Shown in pieces: positions 1 through 5,440 of a stretch of DNA of 5,440 bases (the stretch's first letter is position 1; every line of letters starts with the position of its first letter). The stretch comes from a virus. Taxonomy: Duplodnaviria > Heunggongvirae > Uroviricota > Caudoviricetes. Position numbers and translations under genes: made by a program. Where the stretch lies: IMG/VR virus record IMGVR_UViG_2695420653_000001; one strand, 5' to 3'. The notes under the pieces are model-generated. The model was not told the origin of the DNA. It worked only from the letters and a program-made list of their open reading frames with translations, and made no database searches.

Positions 1-97
1 CCTGTGGCTTTTCGTCGTACTGTTCCGGCATGTTGTTGGCGATCCGACGCATCTGCTCACGGTCAAAGTTAACCATCTGTGCGGCGATGTTTTTCAT
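1..97 (-). CDS. P: Replication protein P (DnaB helicase loader), N-terminal fragment only; gene continues beyond window start
   Basis: Reverse strand from ATG (rc of 95..97) reads MKNIAAQMVNFDREQMRRIANNMPEQYDEKPQ, recognised as the lambda P N-terminus; ATG overlaps the O stop in an ATGA arrangement (94..97). Confidence 0.9.
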   Translation of the reverse strand, partial: MKNIAAQMVNFDREQMRRIANNMPEQYDEKPQ

Positions 98-993
98 AAA
101 TCCACCCCGTAAATCCAGTCAGTGTTTGTCAGGTCGAGTTTTGGTTTGCTGGCTGTCACGCCTGCCTGTTGCTTGTTACGGTTGATTTCGAGCTGGGTCC
201 ACTTGTCGCGGAGTTTGGCCGGACTCAGCACGTTACCGGACCAGAAGTTGTCCTGGCATGCCCAGCGGAACAGCACGCACATGTCGCGGTGGTTACGTCC
301 GTCACGTTCACGCATCAGGCGGATATCGTTAGCCCACCCTGCAAAATTCGGTTTTCTGGCTGATGGCGCGATGGTTTTCACCATGTCAAACATCCACTCT
401 GCGGCGGTCAGGTCTTCTGCTGTCCCCCACTTGCTGCCGCTCTGAATTGCAGCATCCGGTTTCACCACAGAAAGGTCGTTTTCTGGCTGGTCAGAGGATT
501 CGCCAGAATTCTCTGACGAATAATCTTTTCTTTTTTCTTTTGTAATAGTGTCTTTTGTGTCCCCCTGTTTTGAGGGATAGCAATCCCCCAATTTGAGGGA
601 TGTTTTATCCCTCGTTTTAGGGGATTTTCCCTCGTTTTGAGGGATGCACCATTCTGAGATGTTTTTGTTTGGTCCAAACATGCCGCCTTGCTGCTTGATA
701 ATATTCATTCTGACGAGTTCTAACTTGGCTTCATTGCACCGTTTGACAGGTAACTTTGTAATCTCGCTAAGTTGAGAATCGGTGATTCTGTCCATTGGTT
801 TATTCCACCCATAGGTTTTACGCAGAATGGCAAGCAGCACTTTAAACTGTCGCTTGGTCAGATCTGCGCCCGAATAAGCCTCAAGCAGCATATTTGATAG
901 TCTGGCGTAACCATCATCGAGATCTGCCACATTACGCTCCTGTCCGGCAAAGTTACCTCTGCCGAAGTTGAGTATTTTTGCTGTATTTGTCAT
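94..993 (-). CDS. O: Replication initiator protein O (lambda-type)
   Basis: 299-aa ORF in provided track; MTNTAKILNFGRGNF... to ...TDWIYGVDL matches remembered lambda O; AGGAG Shine-Dalgarno upstream of ATG (rc of ~999..1003); origin iterons embedded mid-gene. Confidence 0.96.
   Translation of the reverse strand: MTNTAKILNFGRGNFAGQERNVADLDDGYARLSNMLLEAYSGADLTKRQFKVLLAILRKTYGWNKPMDRITDSQLSEITKLPVKRCNEAKLELVRMNIIKQQGGMFGPNKNISEWCIPQNEGKSPKTRDKTSLKLGDCYPSKQGDTKDTITKEKRKDYSSENSGESSDQPENDLSVVKPDAAIQSGSKWGTAEDLTAAEWMFDMVKTIAPSARKPNFAGWANDIRLMRERDGRNHRDMCVLFRWACQDNFWSGNVLSPAKLRDKWTQLEINRNKQQAGVTASKPKLDLTNTDWIYGVDL
515..645. other. ori-lambda: AT-rich unwinding region (about 515..560) plus O-binding iterons (561..645), embedded in the O coding sequence
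   Basis: A/T-rich tract aataatcttttcttttttcttttgtaatagtg adjacent to four 18-bp repeats; arrangement and sequence match remembered ori-lambda in reverse complement. Confidence 0.9.
561..645. repeat. Four 18-bp iterons (O protein binding sites), each an imperfect palindrome of form TCCC-N-TTTTGAGGGAT
   Basis: Copies at 561..578 ccccctgttttgagggat, 584..601 tcccccaatttgagggat, 608..625 tccctcgttttaggggat, 628..645 tccctcgttttgagggat. Confidence 0.92.
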
Positions 994-1003
994 AATGACT
1001 CCT
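968..1003 (+). promoter_or_regulatory. Candidate Po promoter for oop RNA (-35 ttgagt 968..973, -10 cataat 991..996, 17-bp spacer)
   Basis: Hexamers read by eye at appropriate distance upstream of the oop 5-prime end; overlaps O start codon region on opposite strand. Confidence 0.5.
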
Positions 1004-1080
1004 GTTGATAGATCCAGTAATGACCTCAGAACTCCATCTGGATTTGTTCAGAACGCTCGGTTGCCGCCGGGCGTTTTTTA
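1004..1080 (+). ncRNA. oop: oop antisense RNA (about 77 nt), complementary to the 3-prime end of cII
   Basis: Sequence gttgatagatccagtaatgacctcagaactccatctggatttgttcagaacgctcggttgccgccgggcgttttttatt matches remembered lambda OOP RNA; ends in an intrinsic terminator. Confidence 0.8.
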
Positions 1081-1319
1081 TTGGTGAGAATCGCAGCAAC
1101 TTGTCGCGCCAATCGAGCCATGTCGTCGTCAACGACACCCCATTCAAGAACAGCAAGCAGCATTGAGAACTTTGGAATCCAGTCCCTCTTCCACCTGCTG
1201 ATCTGCGACTTATCAACTCCCACAGCTTCCGCTGTCTTCTCAGTTCCAAGCATTGCGATTTTGTTAAGCAACGCACTCTCGATTCGTAGAGCCTCGTTGC
1301 GTTTGTTTGCACGAACCAT
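1026..1319 (-). CDS. cII: Transcriptional activator CII (lambda-type), 97 aa
   Basis: Reverse strand ATG at rc of 1317..1319 gives MVRANKRNEALRIESALLNKIAMLGTEKTAEAVGVDKSQISRWKRDWIPKF...; SD AAGGA upstream; the provided ORF (1026..1379) is longer only because of an upstream in-frame ATG. Confidence 0.96.
   Translation of the reverse strand: MVRANKRNEALRIESALLNKIAMLGTEKTAEAVGVDKSQISRWKRDWIPKFSMLLAVLEWGVVDDDMARLARQVAAILTNKKRPAATERSEQIQMEF
1055..1080 (+). terminator. Intrinsic terminator of oop RNA
   Basis: Stem gctcgg (1055..1060) / ccgggc (1067..1072) with 6-nt loop, followed by T6 run 1074..1079. Confidence 0.8.
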
Positions 1320-1336
1320 ATGTAAGTATTTCCTTA
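1297..1336 (+). promoter_or_regulatory. pRE (repressor-establishment promoter) with CII binding site TTGC-N6-TTGC
   Basis: ttgcgtttgtttgc at 1297..1310 on + strand (canonical CII recognition repeat), -10-like aagtat at 1324..1329; lies antisense within the cII 5-prime end as in lambda. Confidence 0.65.
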
Positions 1337-1398
1337 GATAACAATTGATTGAATGTATGCAAATAAATGCATACACCATAGGTGTGGTTTAATTGGAT
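1330..1398 (-). terminator. Approximate tR1 region (Rho-dependent terminator between nutR and cII)
   Basis: Positional inference from lambda organisation; contains palindrome tgtatgcatttatttgcataca; exact termination sites not determinable by eye. Confidence 0.35.
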
Positions 1399-1430
1399 GC
1401 CCTTTTTCAGGGCGGGGATGTGTAAGAGCG
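1399..1430 (-). promoter_or_regulatory. nutR: nutR N-utilisation site: boxA CGCTCTTA (rc of 1423..1430), boxB hairpin GCCCTGAAAAAGGGC (rc of 1399..1413)
   Basis: Reverse strand reads cgctcttacacatccccgccctgaaaaagggc immediately downstream of cro stop. Confidence 0.9.
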
Positions 1431-1438
1431 GGAATGTC

Positions 1439-2791
<1,353 letters not shown>

Positions 2792-2841
2792 TCCCCACCT
2801 CAATCTCAATAACCAAAAAACAAACTATTTTCCGTTTAAAA

Positions 2842-2909
2842 ACAATGGAGTTTGTTTTGCACACCTCTTTTTACAATATTTCTTGTTTACAACATACAAT
2901 CTTTCTTGT
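2842..2909. promoter_or_regulatory. 434-type left operator: OL3 2842..2855, OL2 2873..2886, OL1 2896..2909
   Basis: acaatggagtttgt, acaatatttcttgt, acaatctttcttgt, all ACAA-N6-TTGT 14-mers, immediately upstream of the N leader. Confidence 0.88.
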
Positions 2910-2921
2910 AATTTTAAACCA
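2886..2921 (+). promoter_or_regulatory. pL promoter (candidate -35 tttaca 2886..2891, -10 taattt 2909..2914, transcript start near 2921)
   Basis: Leader beginning atcagcaggacgcactgacc at 2921 matches the remembered 5-prime end of the lambda pL transcript; hexamers overlap OL1/OL2. Confidence 0.65.
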
Positions 2922-2953
2922 TCAGCAGGACGCACTGACCACCATGAAGGTGA

Positions 2954-2984
2954 TGCTCTTAAAAATTAAGCCCTGAAGAAGGGC
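2954..2984 (+). promoter_or_regulatory. nutL: nutL: boxA-like tgctctta (2954..2961) and boxB hairpin gccctgaagaagggc (2970..2984)
   Basis: tgctcttaaaaattaagccctgaagaagggc in the N leader, the same layout as lambda nutL. Confidence 0.88.
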
Positions 2985-3142
2985 AGCATTCAAAGCAGAA
3001 GGCTTTGGGGTGTGTGATACGAAACGAAGCATTGGCCGGAAGTGCGATTCCGGATTAGCTGCCAATGTGCCAATCGCGGGGGGTTTTCGTTCAGGACTAC
3101 AACTGCCACACACCACCAAAGCTAACTGACAGGAGAATCCAG

Positions 3143-3466
3143 ATGGATGCACAAACACGCCGCCGCGAACGTCGCGCAGAGAAACAGGCTCAATGGAAAG
3201 CAGCAAATCCCCTGTTGGTTGGGGTAAGCGCAAAACCAGTTAACCGCCCTATTCTCTCGCTGAATCGCAAACCGAAATCACGAGTAGAAAGCGCACTAAA
3301 TCCGATAGACCTTACAGTGCTGGCTGAATACCACGAACAGATTGAAAGCAACCTGCAACGTATTGAGCGCAAGAATCAGCGCACATGGTACAGCAAGCCT
3401 GGCGAACGCGGCATAACATGCAGTGGACGCCAGAAAATTAAGGGAAAATCGATTCCTCTTACCTAA
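3143..3466 (+). CDS. N: Antitermination protein N (lambda-type), 107 aa
   Basis: ATG 3143 with AGGAG 7 nt upstream; MDAQTRRRERRAEKQAQWKAANPLLVGVSAKPVNRPILSLNRKPKSRVESALNPIDLTVLAEYHEQ... with the arginine-rich boxB-binding motif at the N-terminus; 222-nt leader from pL. Confidence 0.96.
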   Translation: MDAQTRRRERRAEKQAQWKAANPLLVGVSAKPVNRPILSLNRKPKSRVESALNPIDLTVLAEYHEQIESNLQRIERKNQRTWYSKPGERGITCSGRQKIKGKSIPLT

Positions 3467-4021
3467 TTACTTAGATATTGGCCTTGGCTTTATCTCAATA
3501 TTATATGGATCATAGCTGGCAACTAATTCAGTCCAGTAAATATCCTCAATAGGGAATAATATATGCTTCCCGTTCCATCGGGAAAAAGTTTTGTTCAACA
3601 CACCAAGCTCAATCAACTCACTAATGTATGGGAATTGTTTTGATGTAACCACATACTTCCTGCCTTCATTAAGGGCTGCGCACAAAACCATAGATTGCTC
3701 TTCTGTAAGGTTTTGAATTACTGATCGCACTTTATCGTTTTGCATCTTAATGCGTTTTCTTAGCTTAAATCGCTTATATCTGGCGCTGGCAATAGCTGAT
3801 AATCGATGCACATTAATTGCTAGCGAAAATGCAAGAGCAAAGACGAAAACATGCCACACATGAGGAATACCGATTCTCTCATTAACATATTCAGGCCAGT
3901 TATCTGGGCTTAAAAGCAGAAGTCCAACCCAGATAACGATCATATACATGGTTCTCTCCAGAGGTTCATTACTGAACACTCGTCCGAGAATAACGAGTGG
4001 ATCCATTTCTATACTCATCAA
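3467..4021 (-). CDS. sieB: Superinfection exclusion protein SieB-like membrane protein, convergent with N
   Basis: 184-codon ORF whose stop abuts the N stop (cctaatta); two hydrophobic segments (MYMIVIWVGLLLL, VWHVFVFALAFSLAINV); matches remembered lambda sieB; first codon of the track ORF is TTG (rc of 4019..4021), first ATG is rc of 4016..4018, so the true start is ambiguous by one codon. Confidence 0.82.
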   Translation of the reverse strand: MMSIEMDPLVILGRVFSNEPLERTMYMIVIWVGLLLLSPDNWPEYVNERIGIPHVWHVFVFALAFSLAINVHRLSAIASARYKRFKLRKRIKMQNDKVRSVIQNLTEEQSMVLCAALNEGRKYVVTSKQFPYISELIELGVLNKTFSRWNGKHILFPIEDIYWTELVASYDPYNIEIKPRPISK

Positions 4022-4145
4022 ACTGTAGGGGTTGTAATAGTTTATCCGATTTCTCGCTGTAGGGGTACACGAGAACCACCGAGCCTGATGTGGTTAAAAG
4101 ACAGGCACAATCTTTACTACCGCAATCCACTATTTAAGGTGATAT

Positions 4146-4232
4146 ATGGAAGAAGAATTTGAAGAGTTCGAAGAGCATCCTCAGGATGTGATGGAACAAT
4201 ACCAGGACTATCCGTATGACTACGACTATTGA
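4146..4232 (+). CDS. Small acidic protein orf28 (28 aa)
   Basis: ATG 4146 preceded by AGGTGA; MEEEFEEFEEHPQDVMEQYQDYPYDYDY; 3-prime end overlaps the ral start; matches position and size of lambda orf28. Confidence 0.7.
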   Translation: MEEEFEEFEEHPQDVMEQYQDYPYDYDY

Positions 4233-4416
4233 TAAAAATCAATGGTGTGGACAATTCAAGCGATGCAATGGATGCAAGCTGCAATCGGAATGCATGGTTA
4301 AGCCTGAAGAAATGTTTCCTGTAATGGAAGACGGGAAATATGTCGATAAATGGGCAATACGAACGACGGCAATGATTGCCAGAGAACTTGGTAAACAGAA
4401 CAACAAAGCTGCCTGA
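4216..4416 (+). CDS. ral: Restriction alleviation protein Ral (66 aa)
   Basis: MTTTIDKNQWCGQFKRCNGCKLQSECMVKPEEMFPVMEDGKYVDKWAIRTTAMIARELGKQNNKAA recognised as lambda Ral. Confidence 0.9.
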   Translation: MTTTIDKNQWCGQFKRCNGCKLQSECMVKPEEMFPVMEDGKYVDKWAIRTTAMIARELGKQNNKAA

Positions 4417-4552
4417 TAGTGGCCTTTATTTTTGGCATAAATAACAGAATAAACACTGCACTGTGTATTCATTCCAACGAGTGAATACACGGAGCAATGT
4501 CGCTCGTAACTAAACAGGAGCCGACTTGTTCTGATTATTGGAAATCTTCTTT

Positions 4553-4578
4553 GCCCTCCAGTGTGAGGGCGATTTTTT
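4553..4578 (+). terminator. Candidate intrinsic terminator in the pL operon between ral and ea10
   Basis: Stem gccctc (4553..4558) / gagggc (4565..4570), 6-nt loop, then T6 run (4573..4578). Confidence 0.45.
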
Positions 4579-4598
4579 ATCTATGAGGATATGAATAG

Positions 4599-5168
4599 AT
4601 GTCAAACATCAAAAAATACATCATTGATTACGACTGGAAAGCATCAATAGAAATTGAAATCGACCATGACGTAATGACAGAGGAAAAACTTCACCAGATT
4701 AATAATTTCTGGTCAGACTCTGAATACCGACTCAATAAACACGGCTCTGTATTAAATGCTGTATTAATCATGCTGGCGCAACATGCTCTGCTTATAGCAA
4801 TTTCAAGCGACTTAAATGCATATGGTGTTGTGTGTGAGTTCGACTGGAATGATGGAAATGGTCAGGAAGGATGGCCTCCAATGGATGGTAGCGAAGGAAT
4901 AAGAATTACCGATATCGATACATCAGGAATATTTGATTCAGATGATATGACTATCAAAGCCGACTCGAGGCGTTTTTCGTTATGTATAAATAAGGAGCAC
5001 ACCATGCAATATGCCATTGCAGGGTGGCCTGTTGCTGGCTGCCCTTCCGAATCTTTACTTGAACGAATCACCCGTAAATTACGTGACGGATGGAAACGCC
5101 TTATCGACATACTTAATCAGCCAGGAGTCCCAAAAAATGGATCAAACACTTATGGCTATCCAGACTAA
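4599..5168 (+). CDS. ea10: Ea10-like early protein; in this sequence the frame continues without a stop into cIII (189-codon ORF)
   Basis: ATG 4599 with GAGGA 9 nt upstream and in-frame TAG immediately before; MSNIKKYIIDYDWKASIEIEIDHDVMTEEKLHQINNFWSD... recognised as lambda Ea10; no in-frame stop before the cIII stop at 5166..5168. Confidence 0.8.
   Translation: MSNIKKYIIDYDWKASIEIEIDHDVMTEEKLHQINNFWSDSEYRLNKHGSVLNAVLIMLAQHALLIAISSDLNAYGVVCEFDWNDGNGQEGWPPMDGSEGIRITDIDTSGIFDSDDMTIKADSRRFSLCINKEHTMQYAIAGWPVAGCPSESLLERITRKLRDGWKRLIDILNQPGVPKNGSNTYGYPD
5004..5168 (+). CDS. cIII: CIII protein (FtsH/HflB inhibitor stabilising CII), 54 aa
   Basis: ATG 5004 with strong SD TAAGGAG (4991..4997); [54 protein letters not shown] matches remembered lambda CIII. 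Confidence 0.92.
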   Translation: MQYAIAGWPVAGCPSESLLERITRKLRDGWKRLIDILNQPGVPKNGSNTYGYPD

Positions 5169-5388
5169 ATTCACTATCGCCACTTTTATTGGCGATGAAA
5201 AGATGTTTCGTGAGGCCGTCGACGCTTATAAAAAATGGATATTAATACTGAAACTGAGATCAAGCAAAAGCATTCACTACCCCCCCCTTCCCTGTTTTCC
5301 TAATCAGCCCGGCATTTCGCGGGCGATATTTTCACAGCTATTTCAGGAGTTCAGCCATGAACGCTTATTACATTCAGGATCGTCTTGA
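5137..5388 (+). CDS. kil: Kil (host cell-division inhibitor) homolog; ORF here is 83 codons because the position of the expected stop reads TAC
   Basis: ATG 5137 overlapping the cIII 3-prime end; [47 protein letters not shown] then continues YPPLPCF...; lambda Kil as I recall is 47 aa, which would end at 5280. Confidence 0.75.
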   Translation: MDQTLMAIQTKFTIATFIGDEKMFREAVDAYKKWILILKLRSSKSIHYPPLPCFPNQPGISRAIFSQLFQEFSHERLLHSGSS

Positions 5389-5440
5389 GGCTCAGAGCTG
5401 GGCGCGTCACTACCAGCAGATCGCCCGTGAAGAGAAAGAG
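5357..5440 (+). CDS. gam: Gam (RecBCD inhibitor), N-terminal part of the short form; continues past window end
   Basis: ATG 5357 gives [28 protein letters not shown], the remembered start of the 98-aa Gam short form; the long-form ATG at 5235 is in a different frame here and hits a stop at 5301..5303. Confidence 0.8.
   Translation, partial: MNAYYIQDRLEAQSWARHYQQIAREEKE

Noticed and set aside
122-677. ORFs 122..445(+), 169..363(+), 363..545(+), 462..677(-) from the six-frame track
   Set aside because: They lie antisense to, or in alternative frames of, the well-supported O gene and its origin iterons; no start context, and composition reflects the O coding strand. Treated as spurious.
2922-3372. 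ORFs 2922..3233(-) and 3190..3372(-), and the upstream extension of the N ORF to 3065
   Set aside because: Antisense to the N leader and N gene; the N start at 3143 has the AGGAG SD and the expected N-terminus.
3461-3466. N C-terminal residue reads Thr (acc) where I vaguely recall Ile in lambda N
   Set aside because: My memory of the final residue is not reliable enough to call a variant; needs alignment.
4239-5110. ORFs 4239..4490(-) and 4862..5110(-)
   Set aside because: Antisense to ral and to ea10/cIII respectively; no supporting signals.

Overview
This window is the early/immunity region of a lambdoid phage or prophage, shown in reverse orientation relative to the conventional lambda map. 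A lambda-type backbone (P fragment, O with the embedded origin, cII, oop RNA, N, sieB, orf28, ral, ea10, cIII, kil, start of gam) carries the phage 434 immunity cassette (cro-434, OR1-3, cI-434, OL1-3). All calls rest on reading the translations and motifs by eye against remembered lambda/434 sequences; no search or alignment was run. Three things go beyond textbook content. First, an uncharacterised 134-aa secreted protein gene sits immediately downstream of cI, overlapping its stop, in the slot where lambda carries rexAB; this is the best candidate for an undescribed lysogen-expressed function. Second, the ea10 frame runs without a stop into cIII, and the segment appears about 36 bp shorter than I recall for reference lambda. 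Third, a C8 homopolymer at the kil/gam junction removes the kil stop and frameshifts the long-form gam start. The second and third could be genuine variants or sequence errors. No CRISPR array, tRNA, rRNA or transposase is visible.
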